Positions 25,985-40,606 are shown, counted from the first letter of the stretch. The stretch is 64,000 nucleotides of DNA from Octopus sinensis (GCF_006345805.1 NC_043021.1:22878001-22942000); one strand, 5' to 3'. Program-made: numbers and translations. The notes: generated by a model from the letters alone, not told the origin.

Positions 25985-26731
25985 CTAAGGATAGAAATTT
26001 ACAAATAGACAAATAAACATTGAAATATTGTAAACAGTTAAATAATAGAGTCATATCTCAATCGATTAATTAAAGAAGACAATATATGTATATACACTAT
26101 TTTAATGTAGCGAATGAATAAATTAGATCGATATGAAACGGAATTCGCCTCGAAGCGCTAATTCAGAATTTCGGAAATTTGATGTCTTCTATACACTTCT
26201 ACTTGTGTTTATTTTAATATAATCCACTTGTGTATTACCACGTATTCGATTCGAGAACAATAGAATAAGATATTTTTTTCTTTCTCTTTACTGAAAATAC
26301 ACTCATAATTAAATGTATAAACCATACAAATTCAAATGTATAGACATATATACATATATATATATATGTCAATTTAAATGTGCCTTTATACACACACACA
26401 CACACAAAAAGACACACAGGTACATATATATATATATATAATATATAATATATATATATTACAGTAGAATATATATAATATATATATGTATGTGTGTGTG
26501 TAATTCCATCTGCATGCGTGTGTGTGCATGTATTTGTGTATGTGTATGTATGAATGTATGTGTTGACTCTTTTTTAAACTTCATTCTGCGTGTTCATTTT
26601 CAATATTCTACTTATCTATAATTATTCTTATCTTCATATCATTTGATCATGCTGTTTTTCTCATCTTCCTTGCTTTCTCACGCACACACACGTTCTTCTC
26701 TCCCCTTCACTCCTCTCTCTATCTGTATTAT

Positions 26732-26768
<37 letters not shown>

Positions 26769-26785
26769 CCACATAATAATGATAA

Positions 26786-26863
<78 letters not shown>

Positions 26864-27004
26864 TAATAATAATAATATAAACAATAATATAATAATAAAT
26901 AATATTAGGGAGTATAAAATATATTTTATAAAAATATATTTTATTGATATTTATGTTTAGCTTTATGTTTATCATTGTTTGAATTGCATAATAGTGGCTT
27001 TATC

Positions 27005-27053
<49 letters not shown>

Positions 27054-27554
27054 GCATATTTACTTTTCTAATACTCAACCATTTCCATTGGTGTGCGACT
27101 TATTTCTAGGATTGAGTAAGAGAAAGCGAGTCAAAACACGTTGCTGTAAACAAACTCCTATAACAATTATATATATACACATACACCAAAGTCTTGAGGA
27201 CTGTTATGGATCTGTGTTATTGAAAAATATGTGTTACGTTAATTAATAAAGAATTGATTCATCTACACATCTCATTGTAGCTTCAATGACGTAAATTACC
27301 TAGATTATAGACATGTTTTACTACGTCCCTAATAATTCTAAATGCTTGCCTTAAGTGATGATAATATGTAAGGTAACTACACGTAACTACAGCTGTTCTC
27401 TGATTTTCAGAAAAATCAAACTGTATGTGTTATTGAATGGTTACGGGAACGTAAACACAACAGCATCGGTTGCCAAGAGATGTTCGGGGGACAAACCCGA
27501 CAAAAACATACATACACACACACGCACACACACACACACATACACACACACACG

Positions 27555-27591
<37 letters not shown>

Positions 27592-27593
27592 TA

Positions 27594-27757
27594 AAGACGG
27601 GCATCTTTCAGTTTATGTCTACCAAATCCACTCCAAGTCTTTGATCGGCCCTAGGCTATAGTAGAAGACACTTGCCCAAGGTGCCTCGCAGTGAGACTGA
27701 ACCCGAAACCGTGTGGCTGGTAAGCAAGCTACTTATCACACAGACACTCCTGTGCCT
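27594..27757 (-). mobile_element. SINE family D (head + CORE-like domain)
   Basis: rc aggcacaggagtgtctgtgtgataagtagcttgc...gggttcagtctcactgcgaggcaccttgggcaagtgtcttctactatagcc. Confidence 0.8.
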
Positions 27758-28484
27758 GTTTATAATATTTACAGATGCGAAAGATGATTTATTGTTGTTT
27801 TAATAAATCCTTACTTCAAAACGTGTCTCAATACGAGATGTCGTTCACCTCACAGAATTTCCCAGCGCTATAAATAAAACTGTTTTTGGATTCAAATCAT
27901 TCGCCATAGTAAAACACGCTGCTCTGTGTTTATGGCCTTGTAAAATATAAAAGAATGAGTGATATTTCTACATAACATTATTCCTGAGATTAAAGGTGAC
28001 AGTTAAAATAGCAATCGATATACTGAAGATGAAAACGTTTATAGTAACAAAGCTTAATCGGAATGAAAGTACACAACTAGAAGGGTAGGGTATTAATTTT
28101 AAGAGTTATGTATATAAAGACTACGAGGTTATAAAAAAAAATGTAAACCATGAGCAAAAAGTATATTTAGGGAAGCAACGTTGTACGAGGCTATGAATGA
28201 TCTCTTAAGTGGTCAGGATATCATTCTTTCATGTCTAATCTTTTACTTGTTTCAGTTATTGGAATGCGACCATGTCTGGGAACCGACTTACGACGTTTAC
28301 TCGAACAAATTGATGTCATTAGTTGTTTCAACTTTTAAGCCTTGTGCTTATTTTGTCAGAGCTTTTTGGCGAACTTGAAGTTACGTAAACCTACGCAAAA
28401 ATATAGAGATTTTCATGCTGTCGTTTGGGACAAACGCGAATCCAAACACACACACTTATATATACAAAAGCATTCAAACATGAA

Positions 28485-28632
28485 TTCAGAAGAAGAAGAA
28501 GAAGGAGAAGAAGAAGAAGAAGAAGAAGTAGAAGAAGAAGGAGAAGTAGAAGAAGGAAGAAGAAGGAGAAGAAGAAGAAGAAGAAAAAGAAGAAGAAAAT
28601 TACTATTATTGTTGTTATTATTATATTATTAG

Positions 28633-28663
<31 letters not shown>

Positions 28664-28800
28664 CATCATTTATTACATTATTATTATTATGTTTTATTAT
28701 TTATCATTATTATTATTATTATTATTATTACTAGTATTATTATTATTTGTAGTAGTAGTAGTAGTAGTAGAAGTATAATTATTATTATTATTATTAATAT
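28485..28800. repeat. (GAA)n-(ATT)n-(TAG)n compound trinucleotide repeat
   Basis: Directly visible. Confidence 0.93.
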
Positions 28801-29345
28801 ACACACAAATATACACATACGCACGCAAACACATATATATATATATAAACACTCATATATTCATATATCATTATCTTCATATATGTACTTCTTTCCTATA
28901 ATACTTAGTATTTCTTTTTTTTTTTTTGCTCTTTCTTCTTAGTTGCATGCGAAAACAATGTTAACATTCATTTACATAACAAGTGCAATGAATTAAAAAT
29001 GGAATCCGTTCATAACCTCCGTTCATATCGATATTTCGAATTATCTCCTGCTTTACGCAAGCATTGTTTGTACTTAGTATGGTGTATTCTTATCAAATTC
29101 AACTAAAACAATTCTACCTAATTAACAACGATGTTACAATTATGCATTGTTTCGGAGGTTTACATGTGATTGTATGTTTTTACAGTTTGTTAATTCACTT
29201 CGCAAATGTAGATGAGGTAGACTTTCACTCGTTTAGATTTTGCTTCTCTCGCTGAAGCATACAGTCACTTTATACATCATTATAATACTAAGAATGTACA
29301 TACATATATATATATATATATATATACATATCAATGTATATATGC

Positions 29346-29380
<35 letters not shown>

Positions 29381-29423
29381 CATACATATATACATATATA
29401 TAAACGTATATATGTATATAAAT

Positions 29424-29455
<32 letters not shown>

Positions 29456-29559
29456 ATACATACAACACAATAATTTCTACATTTAAGCACTTGTGTAGTT
29501 ATGTATATAAGTAAATATATTCAAGAATAGAATATATATATTATATATATATATTTCCC

Positions 29560-29646
29560 TAGATAGATACTTAGATAGATAGATAGATAGACAGGTAGAT
29601 AGATAGATAGACAGATATATATATATATAGAGAGAGAGAGACAGAC

Positions 29647-29733
<87 letters not shown>

Positions 29734-29823
29734 CGGACAGGCAGACAGGTATATAGATAGACAGATATATATATATATAGAGAGAGAGAGAGATGGATGG
29801 ATGAATGGATGGATGGATAGATG

Positions 29824-29878
<55 letters not shown>

Positions 29879-29883
29879 GCATT

Positions 29884-29915
<32 letters not shown>

Positions 29916-29945
29916 CATACATATATACATACATACATACATACA

Positions 29946-29975
<30 letters not shown>
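29560..29975. repeat. (GATA)n/(GGAT)n/(CATA)n tetranucleotide array
   Basis: Directly visible. Confidence 0.95.
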
Positions 29976-29977
<2 letters not shown>

Positions 29978-30457
29978 ATTCTCATAGATATATACATACG
30001 TATTTGAGTGCAAGCGTGCGTGCGAGCCTCGTCTCATTAATGTTAGAACTCTTTCGTGTCGTATTTTCTCTAATCCGTGAAGACAATCGCAATCCGGCAC
30101 CACCGATTTTCGCTTTAAAAATCATTAAACCCACACGCACGCACATGTACGCAAAACCTGCCCCGCCTCATTTGTTTTTAAAATTCTGTTTATATTTGAT
30201 TCAAAGTTACGTCAAATGATGTAACAATATCTCTTTGCAATTATTTTGTGATTGATTCTTACGTGGCATTATTATCGATGACCGTACTTAACCAACGAGG
30301 AAACGAAGGTAGACGAAGTTAAACCTCATCGAAAATAAGTTTGAGGAAAGCCGATCCAAGTTTAACCATTTCGACTTTTCAAGCATATCGTAATCTATTC
30401 ACTCGAGTATATTATTATATTATTATTATTATATTATTATTATTATTATTATTATTA

Positions 30458-30499
<42 letters not shown>

Positions 30500-30702
30500 C
30501 ATATATGTTAAACTGTCGCCATTTTATTTTTTATTTAGTGCATGCGGATTGTTTGTTTTTGATTTTGTAGACTACACATTACTGTAGAAACAGTTGGGTA
30601 CCGTTTGCGAGCAAAACAGCCCCGCACCACAGTTCACTTTTCTCGAAATTTAGAAAAGTGATGCTGTTCTACATGGCATTTGCGTCGGGGGCTTCGATAC
30701 TA

Positions 30703-31348
30703 TCTGATGGTGAATACACAAAACAACTGTTGGTTTGCTGTCTCTCAAAGACATCTACCGAGAGTGATACAAATCTAACATCCAGTTAACATCAGAATGT
30801 TTGGAGTGATCACTGGTGGTAGCGACATTATGCCACAATTCATGTTCCCACAGGGCCTCAGAATCTTATGCGGAGGCCTACCTCAAATGCCTGGAACGGG
30901 TAGGGCGGCCCTGCATCAAGAGGGTAGGTACTGGCAACAGGTTTCTGCACCATTCCACACAAGGAGGTGATCCCAGTCATGGCCGTTAGAACATTCCTGC
31001 GACCACATCACCACTAACATCTCGCGGCTTAACCTCCCCAAGACCGCAACCCATTTTGATTATTATGTGTGGGGCACAAAACTCCTTGTGTCACCAAAGA
31101 TGAACTGAAGGCAGGGATTAAGGCAGCATTCATAAACTTAAACAAGAAGCCTGTCCAAAAGACTCGCAGGAATTACGGAAGTTGCCTGGATGCCGTGCCT
31201 GAAATCAATGGCAATTTTATCAAATTTTCTCTTTAGTATTTGTAAGTATTTTTAGGTAATTCTCATAATTATATCTGTTAAAATGAAATGTCAGTATTAT
31301 TTTCATTTTTGCGTAATTCAGACGCCAGTTTATTCACTGTACCCTCTG
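30703..31348 (+). mobile_element. Decayed Tc1/mariner transposase 3' part, maT (DD37D)-like, with right end
   Basis: Reads MVNTQNN.WF..HPVNIRMFGVIT..IMPQFMFPQGLR..WQQVSAP.HT..DYYVWG..TKDELKAGIKAAFINLNK. The right end resembles a TIR (gccagtttattcactgtaccct). Frameshifts are present. Confidence 0.8.
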
Positions 31349-31397
31349 GATCTGTCTGTCCGTCTCTCATTCTCTCTCTCTGTCTCTTTATATATAT

Positions 31398-31438
<41 letters not shown>

Positions 31439-31999
31439 GAGAGAGAGAGAGAGAGAGTGGGACAGAAGAAGAACGAGAGAGGAAAAAGAGAAAGTGTGAG
31501 GCACAAACACGTATATATTAAATATCGTTCACACAATCACACGCTCACACGCTCACACGCACACACTCACACACACACGCTTATATATTCAGATACAGAC
31601 GAACTGAAGTCAAATAAAAATACTTTGAAACACAAAGCGGGGAAGATAGGCATATTGACTTTCAACACAGAAATAACAATGTCAGACATGTATAGAAATG
31701 TAGAAAATTATGAAAGAGAGTAAGTGATGAGATGATCGCCTTTGAAAAATCATACAATACACCTCCTACGAATATAATTATATGTTAGTTCAGCACCTGC
31801 TCTCTTGTTAACCTTTAGTCTCGTAATAATTGTATATTTATGAATGCAGTCAGTGTTGGTGTATAAGAATGATTTATACATACCTACATACGTATGGACA
31901 ACTATGTTTAAATCTATGTATGTATGTATGTATGTATGTGTGAATGTATATATGTGTGATGGTACGCACATAGTATTCACACGCGCATATATATCTGTT

Positions 32000-32040
<41 letters not shown>

Positions 32041-32149
32041 ATATATATATATATATATATGCATACAAACATATAATATTTTTGTGAGAGAGCTTGCACG
32101 TGCTCTGTGGGTATTCATATATATATATACATTATATAAATTATATATA

Positions 32150-32194
<45 letters not shown>

Positions 32195-32260
32195 ATAGAT
32201 AGATAAATAGATAGATAACACACACACCACACACATAACACACACTCACACACACACAAC

Positions 32261-32292
<32 letters not shown>

Positions 32293-32475
32293 TATATATA
32301 TGTGTGTGTGGTATCATGTATGTATATATATAAAGATATACGAAAATATATTTATGTATATCTATCTAACTATATATCTATGTGTATCTCTCTTCTCTCT
32401 CTCTCTCTCTCTCTCTTATATATATATATATATACACATACATATATAGATATATATGTAGATATATATATATAG

Positions 32476-32507
<32 letters not shown>

Positions 32508-32693
32508 GTGTGTGTGTGTATGTGTTTATATAAATACGTATGTATGCATAGTTACATAAATGTAGGAATAATTATTGTATGTATATGTGTATACATACAC
32601 TCTCCAAGAGACGGTCACATATAGAACGTGAAAGCAAACCAATGAACGGTGGAAAAGGACGTGCTTGTGCTTTTTTGATTTCTTGATTTTCAG

Positions 32694-32710
32694 TGTTACC
32701 TGTTGCGTTG
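32694..32710 (+). CDS. Candidate 17-nt micro-exon
   Basis: Acceptor gcttttttgatttcttgattttcag and donor TTG|gtgagt; all three frames open. Confidence 0.4.
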
Positions 32711-33245
32711 GTGAGTGCGTATATCATCGTGAGGATTTTTCTGTATTTCCCCCGTTATTTTATGTACATTTTTATCATATGAATGATATTCTTCATAACT
32801 GTTGCCGATTTAAATATGAACGTATACAGGCTTTTAGTTAAATTCATTTATATTATTATGCATGAATATCTTTTATAAATTTTGTTCTACGTTTTTTGTC
32901 AATTTGAAGCACAACATTGTTACGCCATTTTATTGGAATCTCACAACATTTGTACTCGAAACGTTTCGTAGCCAATGAATTTTTATGCATACTTTTATCG
33001 TATCATATTGCATCATATACAAACACACACGCACACACAATCAAACACATATACACAGACACACAAACGCTCACACTCACAAGCAGAGACGCCCACATAT
33101 CGATATATACATATATATAAATATACATATGTATTTATACATGCATATCTCTATGCCTGTGGGTATTTATGTATCTTGTATGTATACCTACATAGTTAAT
33201 ATATATAAATAAATCTATATATATAAGATATATAGTATATACACC

Positions 33246-33291
<46 letters not shown>

Positions 33292-33444
33292 ATATATATA
33301 TATCCACAAGTAATTTTTTAATTCTCTCTGTTTATTATTTCTCGTATTTATTTCTTAGGTGGCGTAAAATCCAACGTAAAACAGCGTCAAACTAATACAC
33401 ATCTGCCTATTTGTCTGTAAATTTCAACTACACACACACCTCAC

Positions 33445-33522
<78 letters not shown>

Positions 33523-33689
33523 AGTAAAAATCAAGGTGAAAAAATGGAATATTAATTAATAACATCAATTTCAACACCAAGTGGACTAGCGTATAAAAGA
33601 CTGAGATTCAGTAAATATCATTAATATAAAGCAATAAGAGAGGATCCACTCTTTTATATATATATATATATATGCATGTATGTATGTAT

Positions 33690-33900
33690 AAAATATGACT
33701 TCGTGTGTACCGTTGGCGATTTTTTTTCCTCTGTCTTCCCTTCTCTGGATCTTTTCTTCCCCTATGTTTCCGACAAAGAGCTCCGCCCGAAACGTTAAGC
33801 CCTCCTTCTTTCCTTCTTTCCTGAGCGTCCAATAATACTATATTTGTTCCACGTCCTCGCGTGGTTGTGTTTTCTCTTGTTGTTTCTTGTTTAGATTAAC
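33690..33900 (+). mobile_element. Penelope-like element terminal repeat remnant
   Basis: ccgacaaagagctccgcccgaaacgtta...ttcctgagcgtccaataatac..tttgt, followed by (TA)n. Same layout as 7190-7385. Confidence 0.6.
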
Positions 33901-34761
33901 TATATATATATATATTTATATATACATCCAACGCAGGGCTGTAGTGTGGACTGTGACTAGCAAGTGTACTCGATAATATTTTAAAGATTAATAAAATTTA
34001 ATTTTGATCGGATCATTCTCTTTTGCTCCCTTAGTTTCGCCAGTGCGAGCACTGTGTCTCCAATCAACTTATCGCTCAGTGTCGTAACTTGCCTTAATAT
34101 CTGCTGCACGGATATGTGAAATGTAGCGTATCTCGGAACTGATATATGCGTAAGGTCGATTTGTGTGGTCGTGTTTATCTCATTTTCTATACTGAATATA
34201 CGCTTTCTGTTATGTTTTTGTATTAGCGTTTTCGCATGTCAACGATTTGTCATTCCTGTACCGAAACATAGTGTTACAAATAGAGTTTTCGTAATTCTGT
34301 ATTTGTATGGATGCCAAAATTCAGTAGAATGCTAGAATTCGCTGTAACATTATTGGACTTATTAATGTATTGTTCATGACTCGATTTGGAAAGGTATGCA
34401 GACCACTTAAAGCAAGTTTGTTTTTGTGTTTCCGAACGACAGAAAATGCGATGGTAACATTGAAAAGAAGTTTCAAAATGTTTGCTCCTCATTGAATATA
34501 ATACTTTTTGTGTCAGGTGTCAACGCTAAATTTTAATTGTGCTTATATTCGTTTTGTGTAGATGCAATTCCAAATGATAAAATCTACGTGCTATAATGTA
34601 TTGGCGAATGTGATGAGACCTATCTGACAAGTGTACAGAATCTTTCACACAGTACTTGCACCGAACCCAAAATAAAATATTAACCACTCGGCCTAAACAG
34701 GCGCGAAACTACATCTAACCTATGGGATCATACCCAGACAGTAATACACACACTCTAGGAG

Positions 34762-35345
34762 GGCGGCATGCTGGCAGAATCGTTAGCAAGCCGGGCGAAA
34801 TTCTTAGCGGTATTTCGTCTGCCGCTACGTTCTGAGTTCAAATTCCGCCGAGTTCTACTTTGCCCTTTATCATTTCGGCGTCGATTAAATAAGTACCAGT
34901 TACGCACTGGAATCAATATAATCGACTTAATCCGTTTGTCTGTCCTTGTTTGTCCCCTCTGTGTTTAGCCCCTTGTTGGAAGTAAAGAAATAGGTACTTC
35001 GTCGGTCTTTACGTTCTGAGTTCAAATTTCCCCGAGGTCGACTGTGCCTTTCATCCTTTCGGTATCAATTAAATAAGTACCAGTTACGCACTGGGTCGAT
35101 ATAATCGACTTAATCCGTTTTTCTTTTCGTGTTTGTCCTCTCTGTGTTTAGCCCCTTGTGGGTAGTAAAGAAATAGGTATTTCGTCTGTCTTTACGTTCT
35201 AAGATCAAATTCCCCCGGGGTCGACTTTGCCTTTCATCCTTTCGAGGCCGATAAATTTAAATAAATGTTGCCTACTGGGGTCGCTCTAATCGATTGGTCC
35301 CCTACCCCAACATTTCGAGCCTTGTGCTTGGATTAGAAAAGAATA
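34762..35345 (+). mobile_element. SINE family A trimer (head + two ~183-bp M units + terminal T unit)
   Basis: ggta(t/c)ttcgtc recurs at 34809, 34993 and 35176. Confidence 0.9.
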
Positions 35346-35770
35346 TATTAGGGCAGTTTCAAGGAAGGAAACTGTTTTATGGTGGCGTAGCTTCTATTTC
35401 TCTGAATTTCAGAGAAATAGCATAAACATATGTAGCACATGCTTCACACTTCCAATACAAGCAAATTAAGGCGGAGTATCGTAAGCAGAGTTCAGACGAA
35501 CAGGTTCATAGATGAATTGCTTATTGGAGACTTACATTAACTTTTCCCACTAAACATTAAGCCATATATACTGATGAGTGTATGCATGTGTGTAGATAAA
35601 ATCCGTTGGTATGCAAGCATTTGTATGCATACGTACAGAGGCATATACGCGGATACATACATACACCATACATACAATACATACATACGTCGACATTCGT
35701 TGTGCGAACATGATATCAGACTTCGTGCATGCATGGTATATATACATGCTTATAACCAACCACGTATATA

Positions 35771-35812
<42 letters not shown>

Positions 35813-35841
35813 ATATATAATATAGTATATATATATATATA

Positions 35842-35872
<31 letters not shown>

Positions 35873-35875
35873 GAT

Positions 35876-35923
<48 letters not shown>

Positions 35924-35928
35924 GTGTG

Positions 35929-36028
35929 NNNNNNNNNNNNNNNNNNNNNNNNNNNNNNNNNNNNNNNNNNNNNNNNNNNNNNNNNNNNNNNNNNNNNNNN
36001 NNNNNNNNNNNNNNNNNNNNNNNNNNNN
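35929..36028. other. Assembly gap (100 N)
   Basis: Run of 100 n, a typical placeholder for a gap of unknown size. Confidence 0.98.
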
Positions 36029-36129
36029 ATGCATAAATACACGACCAATCATCCATCATTCCATGCACATAATACGTACATACATATTTATAAATATGCA
36101 TTTGTACACATACAGAGACATACACATTA

Positions 36130-36163
<34 letters not shown>

Positions 36164-36218
36164 CTATATATATATATAATTATATATATATATGGAAAAA
36201 CATCCTTATATATATATA

Positions 36219-36255
<37 letters not shown>

Positions 36256-36280
36256 TATATATATATATATTATATATATA

Positions 36281-37460
36281 TATTGGTTCATCCATAAACG
36301 GTTCTTTCATTTGCATGGACTAAAGGGCGGATGAGGACGATGGTAAAATACTGCATCAACTTGCTATAAAAGCGGGTAATAATTTTTCCTTGGTGCAAGT
36401 TTTGCAGAGTGCAGTTCGATTTTAACAGCTTTTTTTTATCCATATTCGAATGGAAGTTACAAAAGAGCATATTCCTTATATTTTTTTTTATAAGTTCAAT
36501 AAATGCTACAACGCAACGGAATGTGCGACGCTGGTTGCAGAAATTCCGAGCCGGAGACTAAAGCCAAGTAAACGAACCTCGTCCTGCAAGATTTCCAGCG
36601 GGCGATGATGACGCCCTGCAAACCCTGGTGGAACAAAATCCCATTGTAACTGTTGAAGAGCTAGCAGAGAAGCTTGGATTTCCTCATTCAACCATTCATC
36701 GACACCTGCGTGCCACTGGGTAAGTCAACATATTGGGTTAATCGTTTCCTTGTAAACTTTCCATGTCTACTCACAGGCAGAGACTGAATATGGGCTCTTT
36801 TCTGTCACGTCTCATGAATGAACTATTTTCGGACTTTACAGGGACTGATGTCTAGAAATGGATTCTCTATAAAAAAAATGTGAATCGATGAAGACACTGG
36901 GTAGCGAAAGGCGAAACGCCGGCACCCCAGGCTGAAGCAAGTTTTCACCGATATATGGGGACGTTATCTCTTTGGTGGGATATGAAAGGTTTAGTACACA
37001 TTAAAATTTTAAACCCAAACCAGATGATAACAAAGGAGTTCTACTGCGACCACCTTGAGCGCCTGAAAGAAAAACGACCATCCTTGGTTTCAAGACGAAA
37101 GGTTATCTTCCTTAAGAATGATGTGCAGCAACATACAGCGAAGATGACATTCGAAAGGCTGAACAGTTTGAATGGGAAACGATGCCCCACCCAGCATATT
37201 CGCTGGACATTGCTCCATCTAGATTATCATTGATTCTACAGTTTTCAAAATCATTTGGACGGAACAGTATTGGAGAAGTATTTTTCGTCATGGGCAAGTG
37301 AACTTTGGAAGAGAGTTCTTACAAATATTCGAGATAAATGGAAGAGCTGTGGAGAAAATGGTGGAGAGTATATTTTAGATTAGAAACGAACTTTGTTTAT
37401 CTTAAATTTGACAAGGTAAAGTATATAAAAAAACCGCAGTATTTATGGAATGACAAAATA
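36281..37460 (+). mobile_element. Near full-length inactive mariner (DD34D-type) transposon
   Basis: Imperfect TIRs tattggttcatccataaa (36281) and tttatggaatgacaaaata (ends 37460) with TA ends. HTH region QRNVRRWLQKFRAGD..PIVTVEELAEKLGFPHSTIHRHLRA. Catalytic motifs GTDV*KWILY, LWWDMKG, KNDVQQHTA, HPAYSLDIAPS/DYH. Stops and frameshifts are present. Confidence 0.92.
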
Positions 37461-37528
37461 TGTGTGCCCGTGTGTGTGTTGTGCGTGTGTGTGTGCGTGT
37501 TTGTCTCTTCGTGTAAAATATGTGTAAG

Positions 37529-37584
<56 letters not shown>

Positions 37585-38118
37585 CATGTGTATGTATGGA
37601 TATGTCTATACACACACATACATATAGATAAATTTATAGATAGATACGGATATGACGATATGTGTGTATTTGTCAGAGTGCACGTATTATTCTGGGTTCC
37701 ATACACATATTATAAGTGAGAATATTTTGTATATTAGCCCGTGTGTTTATAGATACGTAATAAAAAGCTATGTATTATAAACATAACTAACGTGTATACA
37801 CCTCCCACAAGATTATAAGACACTATGGTTGCTGCCAGAACAGCGAAACAATCACAGCCACGGGCACATAGAAAAACACATATACACAAACGATTCAATA
37901 AATGTTCTCTTAAACTTCAACGAAGCGTTTCTACGCACATATATACACAAGCAATACGTATTCACATAACAATGAGTGTTGCATGTTGCACTCTATCTGA
38001 GGACAAAAATATTACGTTAATGTCCGCAGGTGAAATGGTTAGAGTTGAAATAGTATAAAATTAGCATGATCATATTAACTACATATAGGCTTCTAATGTA
38101 TGTCATGGTAAGTGTAAG

Positions 38119-38149
<31 letters not shown>

Positions 38150-38354
38150 GTGCAAACAAGGGAGTCAGAGAAAGGCAGAATGCCACTTAAATCTGAACGC
38201 TACTATAGAAATATTCTTTTAAAAAAACTTTTCTTCTAATTTTTCTAAATTTAATTATTTAATCGTTACAGTTGAAAAGGTCTCAAAATGACCGAAACCG
38301 GTACTGAAATGTTCACTATAAAATTATTTTAGCATTTTCTATTTTTGACTTGTT

Positions 38355-38355
38355 T

Positions 38356-38397
<42 letters not shown>

Positions 38398-38520
38398 GTT
38401 GTATATATATACGAAAAAAGAGAGATGCATAAATAGATAGTAGATGAACAAATGCATATGCATATATATATACACACATATATAGATATATATATATATA
38501 TATTTATCTATATATATACG

Positions 38521-38555
<35 letters not shown>

Positions 38556-38614
38556 TATTATATATATATATAATATATATATATTATATACATATATATA
38601 TATGTATAAATGCT

Positions 38615-38685
<71 letters not shown>

Positions 38686-38912
38686 TATATATATATCATA
38701 TATAATATACATATATGTGTCTGTGTTTGTGTGTGCAAAATCGCCTGTGTACACATATATATAGATTCACATATTTAATAAAAAAAATCTTGAAGACTAC
38801 AACAGACACGACCTTTACACCAGTTACCACCTTCATGTCAATAGTTGAGACGTTTCAGAAATGTACTTTTATGATTGTCAAGTACGTATGCTATATTATA
38901 TATACATACATA

Positions 38913-38948
<36 letters not shown>

Positions 38949-39000
38949 AGCATGTATGTATGTTGGTATATATGTATATAGCGAGCTAGTAAGAATCAAG
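38355..39000. repeat. (TA)n-rich microsatellite block
   Basis: Directly visible. Confidence 0.9.
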
Positions 39001-39978
39001 ATATATCTAAAAAGCGAAAAGTAAAATTAAAAAAGCAAGAAATCGCTTTCTATGTCGTAAGTCTTCTTATTAGACTTACTTCAGTCAGCGATGATCATAC
39101 AATTCTTAAAAGCTAAACTGACAAATAACATATATGTAAGTATATCTATATATGTATCTATGTATCTATATATCTATCTATATACATATATGTGTGTGTT
39201 TGTGTGTGTGTCTGTGTGTATACTTATATAATAATATGTAGGTATATGTATGAATGTAAGAATATATGTATATATATATATATACATATATATATATGCA
39301 CACATATAGAATCATATATATATATGTGTGTGCGTGTGCATGTATATGTATATATATTATATATATATATATATAATATATATATATATATATGTATATA
39401 TACCCACATATATCTATATCTACCTATAACTAACTATATATATATATATATATATACACATTCATATATATGTATTTGTATATGTACCTACCAAAGAAAT
39501 ATATTGTGGGAACCTATTCACGTTGTCACTGGTTTTATAGGTATGCTTTGTGTTGGTATGCATACTAACACACAAGTGTACATCGCACATAAATTATTCA
39601 GTTAGAGATATGTACGCACTCACACACGCGGACGCTCATCCGCACACTTACTTATGCACAAGCACACACACACATATACACACACACCCACATGCATTTG
39701 TGTATATGTACGTATGTGTGTGTGTGATTCTGTGTACGTGCACATGCGTGTACCCTACATGCGAGAGTTAGTGGATGTGCATTCGCACGTATATACACTT
39801 ACAAATGCATGCGTACATGCATGTACATAAATTATATTCATACACACACGTTCGCGCATGTAGTTGTTTATTATATAATATTATATAATATATATATATA
39901 ACATATATACATACATATATATACATATATATGTTACATATATATTAATTATATAATATAATATTAATATATATATAT

Positions 39979-40032
<54 letters not shown>

Positions 40033-40224
40033 CTATATATTATATAATATTATGTATGTATGTATTGGGAGTGCATGGTGGAGGAAGATATATATTTGGA
40101 TATATATATATAGTATATCCATACCGAATATGTACTGCTTAACAGAACCGATATTTGACCTGCCTGTCCTTATATCTATGAAAACAATATACAACAAGAT
40201 ATGTGCTTTTTGTGTTAAAATCTC

Positions 40225-40255
<31 letters not shown>

Positions 40256-40558
40256 ATATATATATATGTAAATGTAAATGTAACGCTCCTGTAAGAGAAG
40301 AAATCAAACTAAAGACGTCTTTTAGAGTCGTTCTTTTGTTCTATAACCCTTTTATATGGAACGTCACGGAAAGTGACAATCAAATTCTGTCCCGACTTGC
40401 CTTATTTATTAACCAATGTATATAGGCATGGCTATACATATATCCATATACATGTGTGGATATTATATATATATATAATATATATATTATTATATAATAT
40501 ATATATATACGTATATATGTTTGCGTTAGTGTTATATATATATTATATATGCATACTG

Positions 40559-40606
<48 letters not shown>

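Noticed and set aside
34809-35345. Tandem ~183-bp units as a CRISPR array or satellite
   Set aside because: Eukaryotic context, no short repeat/unique spacer pattern, and the units are parts of a dispersed SINE.
35881-36280. Any structure spanning the N run
   Set aside because: Gap of unknown size; contiguity across it is not established.
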